Source: a virus
Lineage: Duplodnaviria; Caudoviricetes
Virus record (IMG/VR): IMGVR_UViG_2595698902_000001
Span: 216,539 to 280,538 of that record
DNA length: 64,000 nt
Strand: one strand, 5' to 3'
The notes beneath the pieces were generated by a model. It was given only the letters and a program-made list of their open reading frames with translations. It ran no database searches and was not told the origin of the DNA. Numbering within the stretch: the stretch's first letter is position 1; each line of letters begins with the position of its first letter. Below are positions 17,845-27,472 of the stretch, piece by piece. The position numbers and the translations under genes are program-made.

Positions 17845-18378
17845 TTACGACAGGCAGCTAAAGCCGTGCGAATGCAGGCGCGGATCATGCGCCAGAATCA
17901 TGCTGGCCGACACATGGCGCAGCACAATCGAGCGCGACGAATTGATAACGTCAGCCAGATTGCGGTCACAGCAAACCAGCGATTGCGGATTGCCGTTAAC
18001 CGGCAGCGACGGAATGATTTTGAACACGTTGAGCAGATCGGCGTAAACGCGGATTTGTTTGTTCGGGTTTTCTTCTGCGCATTGGCGAATCAGCTTAGCC
18101 ATTGCAACAGCGTTACCGAGTTCGACAGTCAGGAACTGCACGTTGGTGTCGTATTCCTGAAAACGTGCGACGTAGGCTTCCGGCGAACCACAGAACAGCG
18201 CCATGCGGCGATGCAAATCTTGCTCGGTCATTTCGTCGTTGAAGAACAGGAAAATCGTGTCTTCGTTACGACCAGCAAAACGGATAACGTCAGCCAGCAA
18301 ACTCAGCATGACTGTATCGGTAGCGCCTACACCAACGCCGCATTTGCCGACAACCACATCAGGAAAAACCGGTTTCAT
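17845..18378 (-). CDS. truncated, degenerate DnaB/gp41-like ATPase domain protein
   Basis: CGVGVGAT..LSLLAD..FLFFNDEMTE...RR..IRVYAD matches helicase motifs H1/H1a/H2, with the Walker A Lys replaced by Ala. Confidence 0.6.
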   Translation of the reverse strand: MKPVFPDVVVGKCGVGVGATDTVMLSLLADVIRFAGRNEDTIFLFFNDEMTEQDLHRRMALFCGSPEAYVARFQEYDTNVQFLTVELGNAVAMAKLIRQCAEENPNKQIRVYADLLNVFKIIPSLPVNGNPQSLVCCDRNLADVINSSRSIVLRHVSASMILAHDPRLHSHGFSCLS

Positions 18379-18813
18379 TTATTCTTGCTCCATTTCGTCA
18401 ACGAAAATAGACACGACGTTAACGCGCTCGTCGCGCATGATACGCCGGACAAAATCGCTTTTGACTTTGATCGGCAGGCCGAAATTGGAATCGCTGAATT
18501 CGCCTACGGCTTCCTCGTATTCAAACAGTTCAGGCGTAACGAACGCGATATGCACGCGGCGCTGTTCGAGAATCGCTTTTTCCAGCCATTCATCGATAGC
18601 GGTAACGCCTTTGCAGATATGGCAACCGTCTGCAACGCGCACAAGGGATTCGCCTTTGTCGGAGTGGCATTTGAAAGCGAGGATTTCGTCTGCACCCTGC
18701 ACGATCAAAACCGTTTCGTTTAAATCGTCACGGCTACCGATGATGCGACCGATATACAGGTCGCGGATAGTGGCACGCCTTGCGTTGGAAATAACGTTGT
18801 AAGTTTTGAACAT
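18379..18813 (-). CDS. hypothetical protein
   Basis: 144 aa ORF, coupled. Confidence 0.7.
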   Translation of the reverse strand: MFKTYNVISNARRATIRDLYIGRIIGSRDDLNETVLIVQGADEILAFKCHSDKGESLVRVADGCHICKGVTAIDEWLEKAILEQRRVHIAFVTPELFEYEEAVGEFSDSNFGLPIKVKSDFVRRIMRDERVNVVSIFVDEMEQE

Positions 18814-19499
18814 TACAATTCTCCCATCTGCTCACGCAGCTTCGTGATAAATGCCATCGCGTCATTGTCGGTCAGGAATACCATACGGCGGTGCTGCTTA
18901 CCGATGAACAACATTTGCGAAGGCTGGCGCTGGTTCGGGTCAATTTCGTTTACCGCAATTACCCATGCGTGGTGCGAGCCGTCGCGCTTTTTCGCGTTGT
19001 ACGGTTTGAGGATTGGGAATGCCGCGTTGCTCAATTCCCGGCCACGTCTTGCGGCCTCAACCAGCGCGTCCGCTTGGATTGTGGTATGCGGGGTTTTCCC
19101 TGCGATTACATCCTCACGCTGCACGCGCAATTTGTACTGGCGCGCTTGGGCTTCTTTAGCATCTTTGTCGCGCTTCGCTTCGATTGCCGTTTTATCGTTG
19201 GAAATTTCCGCTTCCAATTCGTCGGCCATTTTGGTCCCAGCGAACATACCGGAAGTGACCAGCGCTTGGCGGGCCTTCATCGCCACGATTGGATTAGCTT
19301 TCAGCTTGGCAGCAGGCACCAGATCAAAGATGCCAGACAGCGCGACTTCGGCGTTTACGCGCAGCTCGGAATGTTCGTCTGCTTTGTTCTGCAAACCACG
19401 GGTAGCCCGGTCTACAATTCGCGCCAGCAGGCTAGGGTTATCTTGCACTGCCTTTTCAACCATCAGCAGCAGCGCTTCGATTTGATCAAAATCTCTCAT
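18813..19499 (-). CDS. hypothetical protein
   Basis: Start MRDFDQ overlaps the upstream stop. Confidence 0.7.
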   Translation of the reverse strand: MRDFDQIEALLLMVEKAVQDNPSLLARIVDRATRGLQNKADEHSELRVNAEVALSGIFDLVPAAKLKANPIVAMKARQALVTSGMFAGTKMADELEAEISNDKTAIEAKRDKDAKEAQARQYKLRVQREDVIAGKTPHTTIQADALVEAARRGRELSNAAFPILKPYNAKKRDGSHHAWVIAVNEIDPNQRQPSQMLFIGKQHRRMVFLTDNDAMAFITKLREQMGEL

Positions 19500-19858
19500 G
19501 CTTTTTCTTGTTCCTTGCACCATTCGTTGAATTGCTGCCACGCGATTTTACGGCCCTTGAAATCTGCAAAGCGTTCGATTGCTTTGTCGAAGTGCTGGCG
19601 CGCTGCTTTCTCGATTTGCGCATCCAGATTTTTCACGTAGGCGCCAGAGTCCCAAAGCTCGTTAAGCTTTTGCTCCACAGCTTCGCGAATCAGCAAATGG
19701 CCTGCACCCTCGACACCGCCCCATTGCTTGCCAAAGGCGCAGCCAGCGTTGAAAAACACATTGAGCGAATTGCGCACCACAGAACTTTGTACGTCAGCGG
19801 CTGCATCGAAAATGCGCTTCTCGATTTCGGTAGTGCTGATTTTAACTTTGATTTCCAC
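19496..19858 (-). CDS. hypothetical protein
   Basis: 120 aa ORF. Confidence 0.65.
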   Translation of the reverse strand: MEIKVKISTTEIEKRIFDAAADVQSSVVRNSLNVFFNAGCAFGKQWGGVEGAGHLLIREAVEQKLNELWDSGAYVKNLDAQIEKAARQHFDKAIERFADFKGRKIAWQQFNEWCKEQEKA

Positions 19859-20206
19859 TTAGCTTTCCTTGTTCTTGGTTTTGTGTTCGTCCAGCAGATT
19901 CCACAGGTCTTGGAAATCGGAATCTTGCTGCGCCACGCGACATTTCATAATGGCATTCAGGACCACGCCAGAATCCACATCACTCAGGTATTTGAACAGC
20001 GCCACTTGCAAACGATGCAGGCCGTTCGCTTTTACGCCGAAACGCTTTACCCATTCGTCACGTTCGTTTTCACGGGCAGACGCATAGTGATTGTCACCCG
20101 TGGCGTTTGCGCGTGGCCCGTTGCTGCGCTTTGGCTTGGTGGGCGTTTTCGTTACCTCGCCTTTTTCAGCAAGGAAAGTATCAAGGGTTTTTGGCGTTTT
20201 GGTCAT
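19859..20206 (-). CDS. hypothetical protein
   Basis: 115 aa ORF with a GAGG RBS. Confidence 0.65.
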   Translation of the reverse strand: MTKTPKTLDTFLAEKGEVTKTPTKPKRSNGPRANATGDNHYASARENERDEWVKRFGVKANGLHRLQVALFKYLSDVDSGVVLNAIMKCRVAQQDSDFQDLWNLLDEHKTKNKES

Positions 20207-20708
20207 TTTTGATTTCCTCGTCTTTCTTCTCTTCTTTTTTCGGCAGGCCCGGATTCGCGATGGTCATAGACTTCGGCGTAAACTGGGAGCCGAACCGGCA
20301 TTTCGTGTAGATGCGCTCCAGCGCCATATCGGCAGGCGTCTGGCCGTTGTAACCCTTGCGGCCAAATTTCCGTTCCATCCGATCCAGATCGACCTTGTAA
20401 GAAATGCTGGATTCCCGCAGGAACAACGCGCCAACCATTGCGTCTTTCCATTGCTGCTTTGCCGTGTTGTGTTTCGCCGCGTTGGCTTCGTTGTAGAAAC
20501 CCCACGCCATGCGCTGCGCCACGTCGTCAAGGTCGATCAATTTACGGTCGGCAGGTTTCAGGTCCAGATACTGGTTGCCCACTTCCATACCGATTTGATA
20601 CATACGCCCGCAAATGTTGTCGTCCAGCGTATAGGTCACGTCGGTTGTAACCACGTCGGCATTTGCCAGCACAGGAACAAACAGCAGAGACAGCAGAATC
20701 TTTTTCAT
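20181..20708 (-). CDS. secreted protein (signal peptide)
   Basis: MKKILLSLLFVPVLANA|D signal peptide. Confidence 0.7.
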   Translation of the reverse strand: MKKILLSLLFVPVLANADVVTTDVTYTLDDNICGRMYQIGMEVGNQYLDLKPADRKLIDLDDVAQRMAWGFYNEANAAKHNTAKQQWKDAMVGALFLRESSISYKVDLDRMERKFGRKGYNGQTPADMALERIYTKCRFGSQFTPKSMTIANPGLPKKEEKKDEEIKNDQNAKNP

Positions 20709-21481
20709 TTCAGTTTTACATCCTTGGATGGCATCAGCACATAAACGGAAGTCGAGCCAGCGCACGGAGGCACGGCGAATTCGCTTTCGTACTGGTAGGT
20801 TTCTCGCGCAGGCACCAGCGTATAAGGCCCGGTCATGAAGTTGTAGCCGTCGAGCTGCACCCGATGATCAACGTTGAAAGCGGGCGCTTCTTTTTCGATA
20901 GAAATGCCGCCTTCAATCGCGTTACGAATCGCCGGGAAATTGTTGTCCATAACGCGGGTCGTGCTGCCGCCGTATTTGCCGTTAATGACGCGGAAATTAT
21001 CGCGTGCCAAAAACACATAGCGGCGGACGACTTCGTGTTTCTTGTGGCCTTCGTCGTCATCCTCGGGCATGATTTCGTCCAGCGCACACCACAGCGCCAC
21101 GTCCATCGAGCCAATGCCCTTGTACCGCGACAGCTTGTAATCGCAGACGATATGAATGTAATCAGGCAGGTTGAAATGCCCGCGTGTTTCGTGTGCGAAG
21201 TGGATAGCGCACAACGCCGATTTGAGCAATTCCAAATCCGGCTCATTTACGTCGAGGTCCACGGTCTGCCAATAAATATCAGCGTGGTTTACCTCTTTGA
21301 AACTGACCGTGAATTTGTAATCGCTGTAGGCGAAGCAAACGCACTCGGTTTCGAGGATGTTGCCGCCGAACGCTTCGCCTTGGCCGTGGGTGAAAGGCAC
21401 GACGTAGCTATGCAGATAATGCACAATCATATCGACACAGCTTTGCACTTTTTCGTTATTCATTTTCAGCATTGGGAACAA
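20705..21481 (-). CDS. hypothetical protein
   Basis: 258 aa ORF. Confidence 0.7.
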   Translation of the reverse strand: MFPMLKMNNEKVQSCVDMIVHYLHSYVVPFTHGQGEAFGGNILETECVCFAYSDYKFTVSFKEVNHADIYWQTVDLDVNEPDLELLKSALCAIHFAHETRGHFNLPDYIHIVCDYKLSRYKGIGSMDVALWCALDEIMPEDDDEGHKKHEVVRRYVFLARDNFRVINGKYGGSTTRVMDNNFPAIRNAIEGGISIEKEAPAFNVDHRVQLDGYNFMTGPYTLVPARETYQYESEFAVPPCAGSTSVYVLMPSKDVKLK

Positions 21482-22268
21482 TCCTCGGTACTTGCACCAG
21501 ATAGAAAATTTCTTTTGGTTTTGCCAGCGTTGCTTTCAAGTCAACGCCCAGCTTTCGCAGATTGCCTTCGTCGCCCGGTGCCAGAATGGAACTGACTTCG
21601 GTGCGGTAAAGCTTTGCGGTGAATTCCGGCATCGGCACACGGAAGCCGCTGTAGCCGTCCCACAGGTGCGGAACAAACGGCAATTCTCGCGTAGCCAATC
21701 GGCGGTTGATCTTGTAGCGCTCTTCCAGATAGCGCGGGCGTTTATAGCCGTCCACGTCATACGGCGGCGCGTAGCGCTTTGCCAGCCCGTGGTCGTCATG
21801 CAGCTGGATATAATCGGAGCGCTTATGGTTGATCGAATCGAGCCGATAAAACAGCGTCATACCGACCGATTCTTTTCCGGTGTCGCCGAACGTGTGGTTA
21901 AGCGCGTCCGGTTTCATTGCGCACACCAGCTCTTCGCGATTGTGGTAGCAGTCACACCAGAGCAGCAATTCTTTAGCCACGCAAATAAACACATTCAACA
22001 AACGGAAATGTTCTACACGCCCGGTTGCGGTCTTTGCGTACTGGCGCGCTGCGCATTTCTTGTTGAGCGTTACCTTGTCGTCCATCCACGTTTCGTCAAC
22101 GTTGGCGTAGAGGGTAAAACCATGTTTGCGCATTGCAATACGCATGGCGGTTGCGCCCAGTGTGAAAACGCCGTCGCTTTCACTGAATGGAATATCCACA
22201 GTGCGCAGGCGTTTGCGCAGATATTCCATGTACGGCTCGCCCCATGCAGATTCGCGTGGCCCATTCAT
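21456..22268 (-). CDS. hypothetical protein
   Basis: 270 aa ORF. Confidence 0.7.
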   Translation of the reverse strand: MNGPRESAWGEPYMEYLRKRLRTVDIPFSESDGVFTLGATAMRIAMRKHGFTLYANVDETWMDDKVTLNKKCAARQYAKTATGRVEHFRLLNVFICVAKELLLWCDCYHNREELVCAMKPDALNHTFGDTGKESVGMTLFYRLDSINHKRSDYIQLHDDHGLAKRYAPPYDVDGYKRPRYLEERYKINRRLATRELPFVPHLWDGYSGFRVPMPEFTAKLYRTEVSSILAPGDEGNLRKLGVDLKATLAKPKEIFYLVQVPRIVPNAENE

Positions 22269-23404
22269 TACTTCGCTTCCTTGTGTTCGATGCCCAGCAG
22301 CGAAAGAATGCCGCTGTAAAAATCAGGGAATTCGCCCGGCATGTTACAGGCCAAAACGGTATTGAAATTGTCAACGTGGTGGAAACGCGCAGACAACGCG
22401 AAACCTTCGCCTTCAACGTCACCGACTTTGAAAACAGTCATTGTTACGTGGACGCCTTTGTTACTTTTCCGGCGCAGCATGAAAGTGGTGCCGCTACGGT
22501 CGCGCAGAATCTCCAGCTCTTCGTTGTCGAGCATTTGATTCATGACTTTGTGGACGGCGCCAACGTTGCCGAAAAACATTGCCGGGTCTTGCAGATCAAT
22601 CCACGCATTTACATATGCGTAGAACGCAGGCATTTCGTTATAGCTGCGCGTGAAGCGGGCAATCTCGCCGCCGTCGTATTTGCAGGTCATGCCTGCCGCG
22701 TCTACGACGATGCAAAGATTATTCTTTCTGCCGGTAATGTAGACTTCGGTTTTCCACGTAGTAGGTTCAAACTTCACCTCAAAGCGCATACCCGCCTCGG
22801 AGGCAGAACGCCACAAACCGAACTCGATTTCCCAAATGTGGGTATCGTGCTCGCTCCAATCAAAATGCGCTTCGTGTCGTCGGAAATACCGGGCAGCAGC
22901 CATATCGTTGAAGTGCGTAGCGCAGGCACGGCGCAGCTCATGCGTATCACTCAGCAACGCGCTGTCTGCCAGCGTGATATATTCGCCCAATTGCGTCGGA
23001 TTTTCGTCCGGGTTTTTGTGAACGCGCAGGCCGTGGCCGACAGAAAGGCTTTCGATTTTTCCGGTGAGCAAATCCACGACTTTATCGCGGTTCAAACCAA
23101 AGAACGGAATGCAGCTTACTTGCCCGTTGTAGCCAGCCGGGAAATCTTCACGCGCCGCAACGTGATTCCACAATGCCTTGTTAAGAACTTTCGGATCATA
23201 ACGCAGGCTTTTCGATTCCGCCGGATCGCGCAGAGACAGGCGACCAAAGATCGAACGGATATACAAACCGGCGCCGTCGAATACCGCGACTTCAAAAGCT
23301 GGGCGGTCGTGCTCGCCGCAGTAATCAACGTTGAAAGCTTTGTCGAAATGGGTCACGAAATTATTCCTCTTCTTCCTGTTTTCTTTTGCGGTGATCGTCC
23401 ACAA
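22268..23404 (-). CDS. hypothetical protein
   Basis: 378 aa ORF; the true start may be slightly downstream. Confidence 0.7.
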   Translation of the reverse strand: MWTITAKENRKKRNNFVTHFDKAFNVDYCGEHDRPAFEVAVFDGAGLYIRSIFGRLSLRDPAESKSLRYDPKVLNKALWNHVAAREDFPAGYNGQVSCIPFFGLNRDKVVDLLTGKIESLSVGHGLRVHKNPDENPTQLGEYITLADSALLSDTHELRRACATHFNDMAAARYFRRHEAHFDWSEHDTHIWEIEFGLWRSASEAGMRFEVKFEPTTWKTEVYITGRKNNLCIVVDAAGMTCKYDGGEIARFTRSYNEMPAFYAYVNAWIDLQDPAMFFGNVGAVHKVMNQMLDNEELEILRDRSGTTFMLRRKSNKGVHVTMTVFKVGDVEGEGFALSARFHHVDNFNTVLACNMPGEFPDFYSGILSLLGIEHKEAK

Positions 23405-23705
23405 AACGCTCGCGCATTTCCATAGCTTCGATCAGTTTAGTTTCGTAGTTGCGCTCGTATGTGTTCTGGTTGCCGATGTAAATAATCACTGGTCGGCGTG
23501 CGCCCGGATCGCATACCGCAAAACGGTGTTTCGTTTGATTGCCGTCCTGCACGGTGTAATGGGTGATCCCCACAACATCGCATGACAATTTGTTTGACCG
23601 CGCTTGCGTTTCGGTTTCGCGCAGTTTGTGCCGCGCTCGCGTTTTCCGCTGGGGCACGGCGGCGGGAATGTCCTTACCGCCTTTGGGTTTCTTTTGCGTG
23701 TTCAT
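23361..23705 (-). CDS. basic hypothetical protein
   Basis: 114 aa ORF. Confidence 0.65.
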   Translation of the reverse strand: MNTQKKPKGGKDIPAAVPQRKTRARHKLRETETQARSNKLSCDVVGITHYTVQDGNQTKHRFAVCDPGARRPVIIYIGNQNTYERNYETKLIEAMEMRERFVDDHRKRKQEEEE

Positions 23706-24361
23706 TAGGCCACGTACAACGCAACAGGCGGCACATTGGAACCAATCACCGCTGTAAGCGTCCCTGTGAGGTCTAGGCGATGCAAACGCCCTTCATCGAT
23801 CAGCTGCACGCCACACGCCAACAAACGATTCCTAAGCGCGTCTAGGGCCTCCTGTGAGGTCGCCAGATACACGCACGCGCCCGGTGCGAATTCGTGGAAG
23901 CGGTAAACGTCGCCGTCAATCTCCAGCGCGGTGCGGCGCATGTCCAGCGTCAGGACTGGCCCCGGCTTTGCGACGTAAACGAATCGACGACTGACCGGCA
24001 CTTCGTCCATGTCAACGCCAAAAGTTTCTTTGATCGCTTTCAGCTTTTGCGTGGAAATTCCAGCGCGACCGAGAACCCAAGCGCGGAAAGTTTCCGGCTT
24101 TGCGATTTCGTAGATTTTCGCGCCGTGCAAACGCTCCAACTCCAGAACGTGGTAGGAATACAGCGCGTTGCGCCATTCCTTCAAAAACGAATCGGAACGG
24201 CTGATTGCTCGCATTTGTTCGTAGGTGGGGAAATACAGGCCAGACGCGAAGGCACGCATTGCAGATTGCGCGTGGACATAATCCACATTGAGCGCACGGG
24301 CGTAACCTTCCACGACATTTCGGTTTTCCGCCAGCGCGCTAACCGATACGTTAAACATCAT
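23705..24361 (-). CDS. XRE-like HTH-containing protein
   Basis: TFRAWVLGRAGISTQKLKAIKETFGV plus a second HTH-like N-terminal segment. Confidence 0.6.
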   Translation of the reverse strand: MMFNVSVSALAENRNVVEGYARALNVDYVHAQSAMRAFASGLYFPTYEQMRAISRSDSFLKEWRNALYSYHVLELERLHGAKIYEIAKPETFRAWVLGRAGISTQKLKAIKETFGVDMDEVPVSRRFVYVAKPGPVLTLDMRRTALEIDGDVYRFHEFAPGACVYLATSQEALDALRNRLLACGVQLIDEGRLHRLDLTGTLTAVIGSNVPPVALYVA

Positions 24362-24408
24362 TCTTATTCCCTTAGAGTAGCGACTACGTTCTGCTACTGG
24401 TGTGCGGA

Positions 24409-24430
24409 AAGCGGGGCGCGAACCCCGCTT
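24409..24430 (-). terminator. stem-loop after the 578 aa gene
   Basis: AAGCGGGG-UUCGCG-CCCCGCUU. Confidence 0.6.
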
Positions 24431-24439
24431 ATTTTGTAT

Positions 24440-26176
24440 TTACAGGAAAACGATTTTGCTGACTGCCAGTTGCGGATTCAGATCGTCCAGCACGGATTCA
24501 TCGTAAGGAATATGCAGCGTGTTGGTTTCCGTGTCGAACCACAGACCGAACGAAAGCAGCTCGCGACGGCCCTGCGCGGTTTTCAGGAATTCCGGCATTG
24601 CCGATAGTGGCGCAGCAGCCGGGTAGACGCCGTGACTGCGATTCTGCGTGTAACCGATCAGTGATGCTTCGATTTCAAAATCTTGATCGGGCGAAACGCC
24701 GCTGATAATGATGGCGCCGTTGTCCTCGTAGGAGGCCTGCACGTTGCGCGAAACGTGGCCGACCATGCTCAGGATTTTACGCAGTGGCAATTGATCGCCG
24801 TCCACGTCAATCGTTGGCTCGCGGTTGTCGAGCGAATAAAACGCAGCGATGTTTTCGGTGGAATCCGCTTCGATTTCAACCGCCGATTGGAAACCGAGGG
24901 TGATTTGACGTTTTTCGATCAGGAAGCCTGCCGAATCCAGCAGCTCGCCAATGGTGCCGCCAGTGGCGTACTCTTCGTCGTCGCCCAGCGTATCGAAATA
25001 ATCGAAAACGTGATTCATGCAATTGCGCAGCGAGCTGGTTGGCGTCGGTTTGCTGTAGGTGGCAAAACCGTCACCAATCGGAACCTGCACAGTGATGCGG
25101 GATTCATAAACCGAAATTTTCAGTTTGTAGAATTCCAGCACCAGACAATCGATAAACGCGCCATTCATTACCAGATTGTGCCCAAAGTCCGGCCACATGG
25201 TCATGATCGAAATCATGTTGGGCGCACGCAGCGCGCTTTGGTAGGATTCCAGCGCGTATTCATGGTCGGATTTCCCGGCGTCGTTATCGTCGGGAATAGT
25301 GTTGATCCTTTCCAAGCAGGAAACGAAATCGTTAAACAGGTGCGGGCAGTGCTCATGCTTGCGCACGTCGAGCGTTTCAAGGAACAGATTCGATTCTGGC
25401 GAGATTGGCAGCTCTTTAACCACGTCTGCCGTTTTCACTGCCAGCAGTGCGTCGTCATGCGCTGCGCGCTTTGGAGACGGACGGCCTTTAGCTTTCGGCT
25501 TCGCGGCTACTGCCTTTTTCAGCACGGGTTTTGCGACCGCCTGCTTTTTCGCCGCTGGTTTTTTCACAGCAACGGTTTTGATCGGGGCGATTGCTTGCGG
25601 CTGGGTGTTTTTCATTGCGTCGTCTTCCTTCGATTTTTTGGTTTGCTTTTTCTGTTTAGGGTTAGCAGCTTTTTGGTGGAACAGGTTGGCGTGGTCGTAG
25701 TGACCGGCCAGCAGATCAATGCCCAATTCGACAAAGGCGCGCTCAATAGTTTTCGAGCTAGGCACCGCTTTGCCTTTCAGCCACGCGCCGATAGATTGCG
25801 CGGAAATCATGCCGCGCAGTGCGTCCCATTGCGAGCGGTTCAGCTTCCAGACGTTGTAGGCGACCAACGCTTTGTAATAAGCGTGCTGCCAATCCGGGTG
25901 CGCACGAAAAAGAATACGCAAATCTTGCTCGCGCAGATCGGGCGCGTGGCGGTGGCCCGACCATTGGTTGTAAAGATCGCTCAGCAGCTCTTCGCAATCG
26001 TGCTCGGTCAGTTCGCCGCTGATTTCCTCGCCCAGCAGCCACGTCATGAAATCAATCGGGTTTTGATCTTCTGGCGTTTTTGGCGCACCGGGCAGCGATT
26101 GCCAGAATTCGGTAAAGGCTTTCAGGCCGGGGGCTTGTGAGGCAGGTACAGGGGAGCCGAGTTTTGCAGAGGTCAT
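24440..26176 (-). CDS. multidomain protein with XRE-like HTH and Lys/Ala/Pro-rich linker
   Basis: SAQSIGAWLKGKAVPSSKTIERAFVELGI; linker VKKPAAKKQAVAKPVLKKAVAAKPKAK. Confidence 0.7.
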   Translation of the reverse strand: MTSAKLGSPVPASQAPGLKAFTEFWQSLPGAPKTPEDQNPIDFMTWLLGEEISGELTEHDCEELLSDLYNQWSGHRHAPDLREQDLRILFRAHPDWQHAYYKALVAYNVWKLNRSQWDALRGMISAQSIGAWLKGKAVPSSKTIERAFVELGIDLLAGHYDHANLFHQKAANPKQKKQTKKSKEDDAMKNTQPQAIAPIKTVAVKKPAAKKQAVAKPVLKKAVAAKPKAKGRPSPKRAAHDDALLAVKTADVVKELPISPESNLFLETLDVRKHEHCPHLFNDFVSCLERINTIPDDNDAGKSDHEYALESYQSALRAPNMISIMTMWPDFGHNLVMNGAFIDCLVLEFYKLKISVYESRITVQVPIGDGFATYSKPTPTSSLRNCMNHVFDYFDTLGDDEEYATGGTIGELLDSAGFLIEKRQITLGFQSAVEIEADSTENIAAFYSLDNREPTIDVDGDQLPLRKILSMVGHVSRNVQASYEDNGAIIISGVSPDQDFEIEASLIGYTQNRSHGVYPAAAPLSAMPEFLKTAQGRRELLSFGLWFDTETNTLHIPYDESVLDDLNPQLAVSKIVFL

Positions 26177-26211
26177 CGTCTTCTTCCTTCTTTCTTCGCA
26201 GTAATTGCGGG

Positions 26212-27012
26212 TTAGGCTTCTTTTGCAACCAATTCAGCAAAGCGCGAATCGATTGCACAAAGGCGTTTCAGGTTGCGTTTCGGGAAATCCAGCAGCGAGA
26301 TAGCGCCGCTGTAAAAATCGCACGACGAATAGGTGCCGTTGTTCATATCGTGGAAGAACAGCAGCTCGCCAGCAGTCATGCCGTAGTAACGGGTAACGCC
26401 AAAATTCGGCATGGATTCGCGCAGCTTATCCCACGCGACCATTGAACCACAGCCATTGGCGCAGGCGTCGAATTCATCTTGCGAAATCACGCGCAGCACG
26501 TAGGCGCGACCGTATTTTTCAACGGTGTTTTCAAACCACTTCGCACGGAATTCCTGTTGAACCAATGCGTCAATGTGTTCGGCGCGCACGCCCAATTCAT
26601 CGGCCAGAATGTGAATGTGTTCGGGCGTAGGAATTGTGGTGCCACGGTGGCGCAACAATTGATCGCGCAGCTTTGGCATTGGCAGCGCTGCAATACCGGA
26701 TTTGTAAAGCTTCACAAAATCAGTGAACGGCGTAGGCGAAGCATCACCTTCCAGATAAGGCCCGACGTGCGAAACGTGCGAGCGATTCATTTTCACTTTA
26801 CGACCGCCAATGATCCACGCTTTGCCGATTCCCAGCTCGCGAACGTCGATCATAAACCACACGTTCGGGCACTTTTGGCGGAAAAGCATATCAGCCTCTT
26901 CGCGGCTCAGTGCGAAAACGTGGGCTTCCATACGCTGCACGGTGATTTCTTTTACGGTGTACAGGTAGTGGAATTGCAGCAGTGGGGCAGCAGTGCGAGA
27001 AAGAATAGCCAT
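26212..27012 (-). CDS. hypothetical protein with XRE-like HTH remnant
   Basis: GTTIPTPEHIHILADELGV. Confidence 0.65.
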   Translation of the reverse strand: MAILSRTAAPLLQFHYLYTVKEITVQRMEAHVFALSREEADMLFRQKCPNVWFMIDVRELGIGKAWIIGGRKVKMNRSHVSHVGPYLEGDASPTPFTDFVKLYKSGIAALPMPKLRDQLLRHRGTTIPTPEHIHILADELGVRAEHIDALVQQEFRAKWFENTVEKYGRAYVLRVISQDEFDACANGCGSMVAWDKLRESMPNFGVTRYYGMTAGELLFFHDMNNGTYSSCDFYSGAISLLDFPKRNLKRLCAIDSRFAELVAKEA

Positions 27013-27025
27013 GACAAGAACCTTA

Positions 27026-27322
27026 TTAGACGGAGACGACGTTAAAAGCGAGCAGAGCGAACAGGAGGCTAAAGGCGCACATATTAAAGCGCTCCAGCTT
27101 TCGCGTTGCCGCGTCCGTTTCCTTGCCGACGAAAATTTGCATGGCCCAGCTTAATGCAAAGCCAACGGTTGCGACTTCCGTTTGATAGCCGATCAATACA
27201 GGCGACCACATAAAGGCACTAAGGCCGACGACCGCTATTGAATGCGGGCGCCTAACCAGTGACCAAACTTTACTTGTACCTAAGCGATTGGGGCGCATCG
27301 GGGCGCCCGTATTGATGTTCAT
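27026..27322 (-). CDS. membrane protein (3 TM)
   Basis: Three hydrophobic segments. Confidence 0.6.
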   Translation of the reverse strand: MNINTGAPMRPNRLGTSKVWSLVRRPHSIAVVGLSAFMWSPVLIGYQTEVATVGFALSWAMQIFVGKETDAATRKLERFNMCAFSLLFALLAFNVVSV

Positions 27323-27394
27323 CGGAAACTTCCCTAAAACCGTGAGTTAGAACCTAGCGGGCACATTTCGGCCCTGACCTAAGCCAGGGCCGCC

Positions 27395-27423
27395 ATAGTG
27401 CCAGCATAGGGCGCCCCTGTCAA
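27395..27423 (-). promoter_or_regulatory. sigma70-type early promoter followed by a stem-loop
   Basis: TTGACA-N17-(TGn)CACTAT-GGCGGC, then hairpin CGGCCCUGGC-UUAG-GUCAGGGCCG. Confidence 0.65.
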
Positions 27424-27472
27424 GTAGTGCTTACCAGACAAGGGCTTACACGCGGTTAGAGGCCCGTGCGCG

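Noticed and set aside
27323-27472. tRNA or other ncRNA in the GC-rich intergenic gap
   Set aside because: No cloverleaf or T-loop motif is visible; the promoter and hairpin account for it.
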